From NCBI GenBank assembly GCA_018396535.1, contig JAGTQC010000002.1, positions 192,001 to 256,000 of the forward strand: a DNA stretch of 64,000 nt. The letters are read 5' to 3'. The translations under genes and the position numbers were made by a program. This stretch comes from Candidatus Bathyarchaeota archaeon. GTDB taxonomy: Archaea > Thermoproteota > CALKCG01 > B24 > DRYS01. This document shows positions 29,810 through 39,052 of this stretch, piece after piece (position 1 is the first letter of the stretch; each line of letters opens with the position of its first letter). The notes under the pieces are model-generated. The model was not told the DNA's origin. It saw only the letters and a list, made by a program, of their open reading frames with translations, and did no database searches.

Positions 29810-30829
29810 CTACTTAGTCCTTATACCTATAGCTGGGATATTCTGCACCAGAGGCATACCATCGCTAAACTGTCCTTCAATAACTATCGTAACATAGCCA
29901 GATCCACTACTAGGAGTTTTACTCTCCCCGACGAATACAAGGGTTACACTCTGCCCATATCTCACTTCTAACCTATCGAAATCCAATATATATCCACTAC
30001 TACTCACATTCTTTATACTAAACAATATGTAATTACCTATACCGAGCTTTTCATGATAAAGCTTCATATACGAACCCCGTGTTATAATAAGCGTTCTTCC
30101 TCGCGGATCATAATTCGTAACATTTATAGTGAAAGCTATCAAACTACCTGATGGAACCTCAAACCCGGGAAGCCCGCCATCCGGATACTTTAACAATCTA
30201 TCACCTGATTTAGAGACATCATAATATGTGAAGGAATAGAACCAGAGAGTCATAGGTCCGAATTGCGTTTCAGCTAAGTATTCTACAACCTCCCTCCTTA
30301 CTATAGTTTCTATCTCTGTTTTAGGCGGTTTTAACGGCTCAGCTTTCTCTCTCGGATGCAGAACACCTCTATCCGACTCTAAATAGAAGTATATCTGATC
30401 CGGGTTTGCAAGACTAGCTAGATCTATCTTAAGTACAGAACCCGGCTTCAACATTGGTGGAAGCCTATCCGGAGCCCTCCCATCAACACTTAAACCTAGC
30501 ACTATACTATTCGGTGGTATAAGATCTACTATATACTCTATCCTCCCTTCTCTTATAAGCCATAACCTAGTAAGCGTTACAGTTGTCGATCCTGTATTAT
30601 TCACTGTTATAGTTGAAGCATCCTCAGATCCTTTAACAGATAAGCTTTCCCTAAGCTTTTCGTTTATGAAATTCAATTCTACTATCGCTTGACTTGACGT
30701 ATACTCCGCCGCCCTCTGATACAAAAGTATAAGCGGCAGAACTATACTGAATACTAGAGATATTATTATTATACCTCCTATCACAGCTGCCTGACCCTTC
30801 CTACCTTTCAAATATCCAACCCCACCCAT
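29810..30829 (-). CDS. Minor pilin/archaellin-like protein with class III signal peptide
   Basis: RKG|QAAVIGGIIIISLVF; ITVNNTG...LTRLW. Confidence 0.75.
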   Translation of the reverse strand: MGGVGYLKGRKGQAAVIGGIIIISLVFSIVLPLILLYQRAAEYTSSQAIVELNFINEKLRESLSVKGSEDASTITVNNTGSTTVTLTRLWLIREGRIEYIVDLIPPNSIVLGLSVDGRAPDRLPPMLKPGSVLKIDLASLANPDQIYFYLESDRGVLHPREKAEPLKPPKTEIETIVRREVVEYLAETQFGPMTLWFYSFTYYDVSKSGDRLLKYPDGGLPGFEVPSGSLIAFTINVTNYDPRGRTLIITRGSYMKLYHEKLGIGNYILFSIKNVSSSGYILDFDRLEVRYGQSVTLVFVGESKTPSSGSGYVTIVIEGQFSDGMPLVQNIPAIGIRTK

Positions 30830-30831
30830 AC

Positions 30832-31467
30832 TTATACACCTCTAAGTTGCAGGCTATCCACTATATAATACTTATCACCTATAGATTCTAGTATCATAAG
30901 GATAGGATACCCTTTATCAATCAGAACCCCTATCTTAGCATCGAGAAGTATACTACAGCCTGATGGACTAGGTTCAGCCCACACCTCGTATACCGTAACC
31001 GCCTGAGTATATCCTGTATAGAGCGGCGGCTTATCCACCGATGGATAAACCCTTGCTAAAGGTATTAGAGAAGCGGAGGGAGAGTAGGGTCTATACATAC
31101 CTCCATCACCCTTAAGTAGGAGTATACGACATCCAGGTTGACTAGATAGATCCTTATACACTAGTAGCGTATCGCTATAGTACTCACCCACTACCAGAGA
31201 GAACATTATCCTAGCACTACTCGTATCCAACCTCTTAACAAATATGAAGTGATCTGTTTTATTGAAGTATAGCTCATCTATAACCGTGTTAAACCTTAGC
31301 CTAGCTAGCTCACTCTGTATACTCTGATTATAGCTGGATATAGCAGCTTGAGATGCGAAATAACCGTAGACAGCTAAAGCTATAGCTAAAACCACACCTG
31401 TAAGGATAACTACCGATACAGGTTCAGATTGACTCAACCTCAATTTCATCTTAGAGCGCATAGTCAA
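30832..31467 (-). CDS. Pilin-like protein (class III-like signal peptide)
   Basis: KLRLS|QSEPVSVVILTGVVLAIAL. Confidence 0.65.
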   Translation of the reverse strand: MTMRSKMKLRLSQSEPVSVVILTGVVLAIALAVYGYFASQAAISSYNQSIQSELARLRFNTVIDELYFNKTDHFIFVKRLDTSSARIMFSLVVGEYYSDTLLVYKDLSSQPGCRILLLKGDGGMYRPYSPSASLIPLARVYPSVDKPPLYTGYTQAVTVYEVWAEPSPSGCSILLDAKIGVLIDKGYPILMILESIGDKYYIVDSLQLRGV

Positions 31468-31639
31468 TCATACTCTTTATAAACATTGAGAATATCTAAT
31501 TATTAAAGTTTCTGGTTAAAAATCAAAATCGATGTAACATCTTTCACAAAGGTTAACCCACATCTAAGCTATAAGCTAACCATAGTATTCTAAAACATAA
31601 CCCAGTTCACAGAGACTTACATACAGCTACCCCACACCA

Positions 31640-32542
31640 TTATAGACTATACGAGGTAGACCTATACTCTGGAAATATGGATGCTGAAAACTCTCTCAAC
31701 ATAGATACAGCCTCCCCTAACGGAACATTCGTCATCGAGAAATCTATTATAATACCATCTGCACCTGCTTCGATATACTCATCGATCTTAGATCTCCACT
31801 CAGACAGCTTTCTACCTAAACCATCTGGATAAGTAAACGATGGTACTATACTTATAACCCTACCCCTAGACGCCTCCGATACCCTACGTACTAGATCCCT
31901 AAACCTATCTATAGATGTATTCGACATGGGTAGAATCCCTACACCATACCTTACGGCTACCTCTATTATCCGATCTGATGAACCACCAACCCATACTGGT
32001 GGATAAGGCTTCTGCAACGGTTTAGGCCAGAACGGTGCTTTAACTACAGAATAGTATCTACCTTGATATGTTACACTACTATCTGATACCCATAGCTTAA
32101 CTATTATTTCTAAAGCTTCTATCATCCTTGATATACGCTCTTCATGACTACCCCAACCTACACCATACGATATAGCTTCTCTTCTAAACCATCCAGCTCC
32201 GATACCGAAATTTACACGTCCACCAGAGATTATATCCACGGTGGCAACCATCTTAGCTAATCTACCAGGATTATAGAATGGAAGAGGTGAAACCCTAGGG
32301 CCAAGCCTTATCCTCTCCGTATAGCAAGCTATAGCCGATAGAAGAGTCCATGCATCAAGTTTATCAGGCTTACTCGGATCACCACCAGTCCCCTCATAGA
32401 ATCTCCTCGGTAGGTAGAAGTGATCACCAACCCATAAAGTATCGAAGCCAAGCCTATCAGCAGCTATAGAAACCTCCACTATATCCCTATAGCTATATCT
32501 TCCATGAGTGGGTAGATGGATACCGAAACCTATAGACGACAT
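31640..32542 (-). CDS. LLM class flavin (probably F420)-dependent oxidoreductase
   Basis: GFDTLWVGDH, LAKMVATVDIISGGR, GIGAGW and PKPLQKPYPPVWVGG motifs. Confidence 0.9.
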   Translation of the reverse strand: MSSIGFGIHLPTHGRYSYRDIVEVSIAADRLGFDTLWVGDHFYLPRRFYEGTGGDPSKPDKLDAWTLLSAIACYTERIRLGPRVSPLPFYNPGRLAKMVATVDIISGGRVNFGIGAGWFRREAISYGVGWGSHEERISRMIEALEIIVKLWVSDSSVTYQGRYYSVVKAPFWPKPLQKPYPPVWVGGSSDRIIEVAVRYGVGILPMSNTSIDRFRDLVRRVSEASRGRVISIVPSFTYPDGLGRKLSEWRSKIDEYIEAGADGIIIDFSMTNVPLGEAVSMLREFSASIFPEYRSTSYSL

Positions 32543-32676
32543 AAGCTATCCAGCCATAAATTCATACAATATTTATAAATCTTTCCATGAAATAGGATAG
32601 CTATAGCATGTATACGAGAAACCATCATGTAGTGTAGTAGAGAGATGTTTATTAACATGGCTATAACAACTCTATT

Positions 32677-33642
32677 ATGCTAGGTATGGTGGAAGCCCTC
32701 TCTAGAGAAGAGAAGCTTAGATTCTTAGAAGCTCTAGATAAGGATCTAGAATTCCGCTACGCCGTCGCAGGCTATCTAGGATTATCGGAGATCATCAAGA
32801 GATTAGACTCCATAGAGACACACATATTAAACCTCTACGAAGAGCAAACCAAGATTTGGAGCGAAATCCATAGGCTGTGGGAGAACCAGAATAGGCTATG
32901 GGAGGAGGTTAAAGCTCTTAGAGAAAACCAAGAGAAGCTGTGGGAGGGGCAGAATAGGCTATGGGAGGAGGTTAGAGAGTTGAGGGAGGGCCAAGAGAAG
33001 CTATGGGAAGGGCAGAATAGGCTATGGGAGGAGGTTAAAGCTCTTAGAGAAACCCAAGAGAAGCTGTGGGAGGAGGTTAGGGCGTTGAGAGAGGGTCAAG
33101 AGAAGCTATGGGAAGGGCAGAATAGGCTATGGGAGGAGGTTAAAGCTCTTAGAGAAACCCAAGAGAAGCTGTGGGAGGGGCAGAATAGGCTATGGGAGGA
33201 GGTTAGAGAGTTGAGGAGGGATCAGAGGAGGCTTAGAGGATCGTTCGAAGCTTTAGGTGAGGCTTTAGGCGCTACTATAGAGCATTATGCATGTGGATTT
33301 GTGAAGATTCTATTAGATGAGATGGGTTATCCAGATGCTAGCGTAGGTAGAGGCTTCGTTCTATATCGAGGGACAGTTTACCAGGTTGATATATTCTGTG
33401 AAGATCCTTTAGTCGTAGGTGAAGCTACACTCTACCTAAGGGATAGAGATTCTGCTATAAAAGAGTTAGAGAAGCTTGAAGCTAGGATAAAAGCCGCTGA
33501 GGAGAATACTGGTAGGAAGGCTTTGCTTAAGATCCTAGTTCTAGCTAATGCTCCTAGCGAAGTGGTGGAGTACCTTAGGGATGAATGTAGCAGAAGAGGT
33601 ATTAGGTTAATGATCGGTAGGGAGCTAGAGCTAGTTACGTGA
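32677..33642 (+). CDS. Coiled-coil heptad-repeat protein with C-terminal PD-(D/E)XK-like domain (crenarchaeal repeat-nuclease family)
   Basis: N-terminal DLEFRYAVAGYLG; 17 heptads; VDI...VGEAT. Confidence 0.75.
   Translation: MLGMVEALSREEKLRFLEALDKDLEFRYAVAGYLGLSEIIKRLDSIETHILNLYEEQTKIWSEIHRLWENQNRLWEEVKALRENQEKLWEGQNRLWEEVRELREGQEKLWEGQNRLWEEVKALRETQEKLWEEVRALREGQEKLWEGQNRLWEEVKALRETQEKLWEGQNRLWEEVRELRRDQRRLRGSFEALGEALGATIEHYACGFVKILLDEMGYPDASVGRGFVLYRGTVYQVDIFCEDPLVVGEATLYLRDRDSAIKELEKLEARIKAAEENTGRKALLKILVLANAPSEVVEYLRDECSRRGIRLMIGRELELVT
32875..33231 (+). repeat. Intragenic 21-bp-unit tandem array (17 units, three unit types)
   Basis: Units LWEGQNR / LWEEV(K/R)(A/E) / LRE(N/G/T)QEK; exact 82-bp duplicate at 32992-33073 and 33097-33178. 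Confidence 0.95.
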
Positions 33643-33809
33643 AATCCTATGTTAAGGTCTACGTAGCATACAAGTCATCGATCATACATCCATGTTCTAG
33701 GGATATTACCGATAGCTTTGATATATCTCCTAACCCTGACGCCTTCCTATAGATTAGCAATGGTTAACCTTAAGATATCGTAGAATTCATATAGCAGATT
33801 TGAGGAGGG

Positions 33810-35018
33810 TTGAGGGAGCTTCATAGAGTCTCGGATATACTATCTGAAGCCTTAGGCTATCTGAAAACTCCAGGTGAGATAGATATACCTGTAGAGGATT
33901 CTCTAGGCCGGTATTCTGCTGAAACCGTAATCTCAAGCTTCAAACTTCCACCTAAACCTAAAGCAGTTATGGATGGATATGCTGTACGAGTCGAGGATGT
34001 AGAAGCTGCATCACCTATCTCACCTATACCTCTTAAGCTTCTCGATATATCTGTTAGACCTGGTTTCGATACAGGTATAGTATTGGAGAGGGGTTCAGCT
34101 ATCAAAGTTGAAACAGGTTCTCTACTACCATCTGGCGCTGATGGCGTAGTACCTGTGGAGGATGTGGTCGAGGATAATGGCGTAGTCTACGTATCGAAAC
34201 GTCTAGCTAGATATGAAAATGTCTCGCTACCAGGTGAGGAATACTGTGAGGGTATAACGATAGTTTATAGGGGTTGCAGGATTACACCTCAATCTATAGC
34301 TGGACTTATACTCGAGGATAGGAGTAGGATTAGAGTTTTCGATCTTAGAGCTAGGATTCTAAACGTAGGGGATGAGATAGTTGGAGGCTTATACTTTAAG
34401 CCTTTTACACATATGTTCATAGCAGCATGGCTTAGATGGCATGGATTCACAGTCGACGAGATATCCGTAGTAGGTGATAATGTTGAGAAGATAGCTAACT
34501 GGATCCGAGAGGATAGAGTAGGATATCTATCCATATTGGTAGGAGGTACATCTATGGGTAGATACGATTATACGATTAAAGCTATAGAGAGAATAAAGCC
34601 TGAATACATGGTTCACGGATTCGCTATCCAACCTGGTAAGACTGCATGCCTAGCCGTCAAGGATGGGAAGCCTATACTAGCTCTAAGCGGCCTACCTGTA
34701 GCAGCTATGTCTACTCTAGAATGTGTATTGAAGCCTTTGATGAGGGGGTTAGGATTGGATATACCAGTTTACCCTAAGGTTAAAGCTACATTAACTCGTA
34801 GGATTACCGTTAAACTCGGTGTTAAATGCTTCGTACGTGTAAAAGTCTATATGGATGGTGGTAGGTTATATGCTGAACCACTCATGACTGGCGGATCAGG
34901 AGCTCTAGCAAGCTTGCTCAAGGGTAACGGCTTCGTAGAAGTCCCAGAGGATGTAGAGGGGTTCGATGAGGGGAGTGAGGTCGAAGTTAACCTATACGGA
35001 TCGGTGTCTAAGTTTTGA
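33810..35018 (+). CDS. moeA: Molybdopterin molybdenumtransferase MoeA1
   Basis: MDGYAV, GADGVVPVED, GGTS and QPGK...LSGLP motifs. Confidence 0.9.
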   Translation: MRELHRVSDILSEALGYLKTPGEIDIPVEDSLGRYSAETVISSFKLPPKPKAVMDGYAVRVEDVEAASPISPIPLKLLDISVRPGFDTGIVLERGSAIKVETGSLLPSGADGVVPVEDVVEDNGVVYVSKRLARYENVSLPGEEYCEGITIVYRGCRITPQSIAGLILEDRSRIRVFDLRARILNVGDEIVGGLYFKPFTHMFIAAWLRWHGFTVDEISVVGDNVEKIANWIREDRVGYLSILVGGTSMGRYDYTIKAIERIKPEYMVHGFAIQPGKTACLAVKDGKPILALSGLPVAAMSTLECVLKPLMRGLGLDIPVYPKVKATLTRRITVKLGVKCFVRVKVYMDGGRLYAEPLMTGGSGALASLLKGNGFVEVPEDVEGFDEGSEVEVNLYGSVSKF

Positions 35019-36973
35019 GTAAGCGTAAAATTTACCGTAAGCTAGTCTCCGTAGATGAAGTTATACCGATAGTTGAGAGATACCATCCTCTAAAACCGCT
35101 CGGAGAATTAGAGATACCTCTAAACGAGGCTTTAGGTAGGGTTTTAAGCCGTAATGTATATGCGAGAGTCAACTATCCTCCATATACACGCTCGCTCATG
35201 GATGGTTATGCCGTTATAAGCGATGATCTCATAGGCGTATACGAGGATAGGCCTAAGAGATTGAGGCTTATAGGATACGTATCTACCGGGGATACGGAGA
35301 TTCTAAGAATTGGTAGAGGTGAGTGTATAGAATTATCTACAGGTGCGGTTATACCATACCCTGCGGATGCTGTTGTACCGGTAGAGTATACGCATAGAGA
35401 GGGTGACTATATAGTATTCTATAGGAGTGTAGCTAGAGGTGAGAATATCGATCATATAGGCTCCGATTTTTCTGAAGGCGAGGTTGCAGCTTGGAAGGGT
35501 GAAGTAGTTACACCTACTCTAGCATCTATGTTAGCTGCTCTAGGCGTGGATAGAGTTTATGTGTATAAACCTGTAAAAGTTGGTATACTACCTACCGGTA
35601 GAGAGATTAGAAATCTAGGTGAACCGCTAGATTACGGTTGTATATACGATTCTAACTCCTACCTTATCTACTCTTATGCTAAGCTTATAGGTGCTGATCC
35701 TAGGATATACGGTAGAGCTTTAGATGATGAGAGCGATGTAGAGGATAAGCTTCGTAGAGCTATGGAGGAGAATGATATAGTTGTGACGATAGGCGGTACA
35801 TCCGCAGGTTTAGAAGATGTAGTTTATAGAGTTCTATCAAAGCTTAACCCAGGCTTAATAATCCATGGCGTTAGGGAGAAGCCTGGTAGACCGTTAGCTA
35901 TAGCAATCCATAGGGATAAGATAGTGTTAGGGCTACCGGGATTCCCCCTATCATGTCTCCTAACAGTAAACCTATACCTTCTACCTATACTAGCTAAGCT
36001 TCAAGGATTCAGATCATACGAGTACAGGTATATAGATGCATGCATAACCATACCGCTTAGAGGGGAGCCGGGTATAAGAGTCTTCATACCAGCTGTACTA
36101 GTAGAACGTGGAGGAGTGGTAAAAGCCTATCCTCTACCAGGGCATAGCGGTAGGATATCATCCCTAAGCCTTGTAGATGGATATATAATCGTACCCGAGA
36201 ACTTAGAGTATACACCACAGAATTATAGTTTGAAAGTTCTGGTAAACCCATTCTGGAAGCCTTACGATATAAATATTATCGGTAGCCATGATCCTCTACT
36301 ACAGCATATAGTAGGCTACATATCCTCAACTGAGAATATACGTATGCTTAACGTAGGTAGTATGACTGGATTACATATGATTAAGATGGGTATAGCGGAT
36401 ATAGCTGGAACACATCTACTAGACTACGAAACTAGGGAGTATAATATACCGTTTGTTAGGAAGCTAGGCTTAAACAATATAATACTTATCAGAGGCTATC
36501 TACGTGAACAAGGCTTCGTGTATAGGAGTGGTATAGGATGCATAACATCTATAGGAGATATAATTGATAAAAGCTTAAACTTCGTTAATAGGAATCCAGG
36601 TAGCGGTACTAGAATTCTAGTAGATCTACTATTAGAGGAGGAGGCTAGAAGGAGAGGGTTAGAAATAGATGAGCTGAAGAATATGGTTAGAGGATACAAC
36701 TTCGAAGTGAAAACACATGAGGCTGTAGCATACATCGTATCCAAGGGTATAGCAGATGTAGGTGTAGCTATCAGGTATGTAGCAGAGAGGTACAATCTAG
36801 CTTTCACTCATATAAACTACGAAAGATATGATCTAGTAGTTAGAAAGGATTCACTAGGAAAAAATATTGCTAGACAACTCGTAGAACAGATAGATAGATT
36901 AGCATCTAGATTCATAGAATATTTTCCAGGATACAAGATAGACGATAAGATAGGAGAGAAAATCGAGTTCTAA
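35015..36973 (+). CDS. moeA: MoeA2 fused to a PBP (LysR-substrate-like) domain
   Basis: SLMDGYAV, GGTSAG and KPGRP motifs; C-terminal GSHD, GTHLLD and NRNPGSGTR. Confidence 0.92.
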   Translation: MSKRKIYRKLVSVDEVIPIVERYHPLKPLGELEIPLNEALGRVLSRNVYARVNYPPYTRSLMDGYAVISDDLIGVYEDRPKRLRLIGYVSTGDTEILRIGRGECIELSTGAVIPYPADAVVPVEYTHREGDYIVFYRSVARGENIDHIGSDFSEGEVAAWKGEVVTPTLASMLAALGVDRVYVYKPVKVGILPTGREIRNLGEPLDYGCIYDSNSYLIYSYAKLIGADPRIYGRALDDESDVEDKLRRAMEENDIVVTIGGTSAGLEDVVYRVLSKLNPGLIIHGVREKPGRPLAIAIHRDKIVLGLPGFPLSCLLTVNLYLLPILAKLQGFRSYEYRYIDACITIPLRGEPGIRVFIPAVLVERGGVVKAYPLPGHSGRISSLSLVDGYIIVPENLEYTPQNYSLKVLVNPFWKPYDINIIGSHDPLLQHIVGYISSTENIRMLNVGSMTGLHMIKMGIADIAGTHLLDYETREYNIPFVRKLGLNNIILIRGYLREQGFVYRSGIGCITSIGDIIDKSLNFVNRNPGSGTRILVDLLLEEEARRRGLEIDELKNMVRGYNFEVKTHEAVAYIVSKGIADVGVAIRYVAERYNLAFTHINYERYDLVVRKDSLGKNIARQLVEQIDRLASRFIEYFPGYKIDDKIGEKIEF

Positions 36974-37200
36974 AATGATGCTCTACGAATACGGTATGCA
37001 GCTACCTAGAATCAATGTATGAGGTTAAATATGACAGCAACCTGGATCCTAAATCTTTACTAAACCTTAAGCTAGCCAAAATCTAGCTTAACCTATAAAA
37101 TCGTAAAGCGTATCTTAACTAATAGTGTAAGCACATATACGAATACTCCCACATGGTAGTCAACCTATGTAGTAGAATAGCATACGTATATACCTATGTA

Positions 37201-37212
37201 TAAACTTATATA
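37201..37212 (+). promoter_or_regulatory. Putative TATA box for the small-protein/KaiC-like pair
   Basis: TAAACTTATATA about 26-37 nt upstream of GTG 37238 (leaderless spacing). Confidence 0.5.
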
Positions 37213-37237
37213 GCACTCTAACACTTCTTGAAGAAAC

Positions 37238-37618
37238 GTGAAGCATAAATCTTCACTAAGAGATATAGTTGAGGATACTTTTCGTAAAGCTTTATCATCC
37301 AGCTTTAGTATGGAGTTCTACCGGATTTTCGTTTTCTATATGAATAAAAGTTTGAATAAAGATTTATTCGAAACTTTTCTAGATGATCCTACTTACATCT
37401 ATAATAAAGTTGAGGAAATCTACGGGTTTGGCGCAGTATTCATATTCAAAGTTATATACATCTATATTAGAGCTAAGATAGGGTTAGATCTATCCTTTGA
37501 TAGCTTCCTAGATATCGTTAAGAGTGGTGATAGAGAAGCTTTGAGGAAGATCTTCGCTAATCTATCCGAGATTAGTAGATATAACGATCCATATATACAG
37601 AATAGATTAGGGGGCTGA
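37238..37618 (+). CDS. Small helical protein (DUF3227/NitrOD5-like) upstream of the KaiC-like ATPase
   Basis: DP..(I/F)...E.IYG.GA pattern; 2 nt from the next gene. Confidence 0.6.
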   Translation: MKHKSSLRDIVEDTFRKALSSSFSMEFYRIFVFYMNKSLNKDLFETFLDDPTYIYNKVEEIYGFGAVFIFKVIYIYIRAKIGLDLSFDSFLDIVKSGDREALRKIFANLSEISRYNDPYIQNRLGG

Positions 37619-37620
37619 AC

Positions 37621-39051
37621 ATGCTTACCGGACTTACACCTACAGGTTTGGATGGGATCGATAAGGTTTTAGGAGGATTCCCGAAAGGTGGGTTAATAGT
37701 ATTAGCTGGACAGCCGGGTACTGGTAAAACTATACTCTCAGCTAAGATTCTATACGAGGGAGGGGTTAGGTATAGCGAGCCTGGAATCTATGCTAGCTTC
37801 ACGGAGGATAAGCATAGATTCTACTCTAATATGAGAGGTTTAGGTTTAGATTTTGAAGAACTTGAAAATAGAGGGCTTTTCGCATACTTAGATCTAATAC
37901 CTGTAGGTAGGCTTGGCGTATCTAGCATAGCTGAGTTTATAATAGATACGGTCGATAAGCTGAAGGCTAGGAGGCTTGTAATAGATTCATTCTCAGCTCT
38001 AGCCCAAAACTTCAGGGATGAAGCTGAACTACGTATATTCACTCATAACGTTTTGTATAGGATATGTAGGAATATGGATTGTACTACCATACTCATAGAG
38101 GAGATACCTATCGGAGCTGAACGTATCGGATTCGGGGTTGAAGAATTCATAGCAGATGCAACGGTTATCCTTAGAAAAAGACTATTCGATGAGAGGATTC
38201 TAAGAGAGCTCGAGATAGTGAAACTTAGGAATGTAGAGCTTAAGGAGTATAGATTCATCTTCACGTTAAGTAGTGGTGTAAGAGTATACCCGCCGTTTAA
38301 GCTTCCTACCTACGATAAGCATAGACTCGCATATCCTCCAAATGATCCATCAGGTAATATGTACTCTACAGGTGTAAGAGATCTAGATAGGATTTTAGGA
38401 GGATATCCTAGAGGATCGACTATAGTAATGGAGGTTGATCCTAAGGTAGAGGATAACGTATACCGGCTAGGTCTACTACTCCCGGTGGTATACAGCTTTA
38501 TGGAGAAGCATAGGCCTATCCTTATCATCCCATCGCTGAATACATCCTTCGAAGAAATCCTTTCGTATAATAGGTATATTGGGTATAGAGATGAAGTTAT
38601 CGAAGAATTATTGAGAGTTGTAGGATTAGGGTTAAGAGGTGAGGAGCATCGATGTTTAATCAATCTCGAAGGTAGAGATATAGATGAGGATTATGGTATA
38701 CTCGTAAATCGTCTAGATCAGTTTATGAGGGGGAGGGGGCCTCCGTTAGCTATAATAGGGTTAGATAGCTTGATAGCTAGGTATGGTTTAGAGGATTCTA
38801 TCAGAATGGTTAGTCTAAGCATACATGAGACTATGAAGGTTGGAGGTTTATGTATAATCATAGCAAAGCCGGTATATAGGTATAGGAGAGTTGTGGAAGT
38901 CCTACCAGCGATATCTACTATGCATTTAAAGCTTAGTAGAGAGCATGGAGTATACCTACTCTATGGTGTGAAACCTAGAACAGGGCTATACGTTATGGAT
39001 ATAGATGTATCCGATAACCTTATCGAAACTAGGTTAACGCCTATGAGGTAG
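37621..39051 (+). CDS. KaiC/GvpD-like two-domain RecA-family ATPase
   Basis: PTGLDGID, GQPGTGKT, VIDS and EIVKLR in domain 1; domain 2 (STGVRDLD) lacks Walker A. Confidence 0.85.
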   Translation: MLTGLTPTGLDGIDKVLGGFPKGGLIVLAGQPGTGKTILSAKILYEGGVRYSEPGIYASFTEDKHRFYSNMRGLGLDFEELENRGLFAYLDLIPVGRLGVSSIAEFIIDTVDKLKARRLVIDSFSALAQNFRDEAELRIFTHNVLYRICRNMDCTTILIEEIPIGAERIGFGVEEFIADATVILRKRLFDERILRELEIVKLRNVELKEYRFIFTLSSGVRVYPPFKLPTYDKHRLAYPPNDPSGNMYSTGVRDLDRILGGYPRGSTIVMEVDPKVEDNVYRLGLLLPVVYSFMEKHRPILIIPSLNTSFEEILSYNRYIGYRDEVIEELLRVVGLGLRGEEHRCLINLEGRDIDEDYGILVNRLDQFMRGRGPPLAIIGLDSLIARYGLEDSIRMVSLSIHETMKVGGLCIIIAKPVYRYRRVVEVLPAISTMHLKLSREHGVYLLYGVKPRTGLYVMDIDVSDNLIETRLTPMR

Positions 39052-39052
39052 C

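Noticed and set aside
32875-33231. Possible CRISPR array
   Set aside because: The units are contiguous, in-frame 21-mers with no unique spacers, and there are no cas genes
36974-37237. C/D-box sRNA or tRNA in intergenic gaps (also 63575-63690 and 21473-21648)
   Set aside because: No properly spaced RUGAUGA/CUGA pair and no cloverleaf or T-loop found by eye
37621-39051. Circadian KaiC or a gas vesicle cluster
   Set aside because: The second domain is degenerate; no kaiA/kaiB or gvpA-type genes
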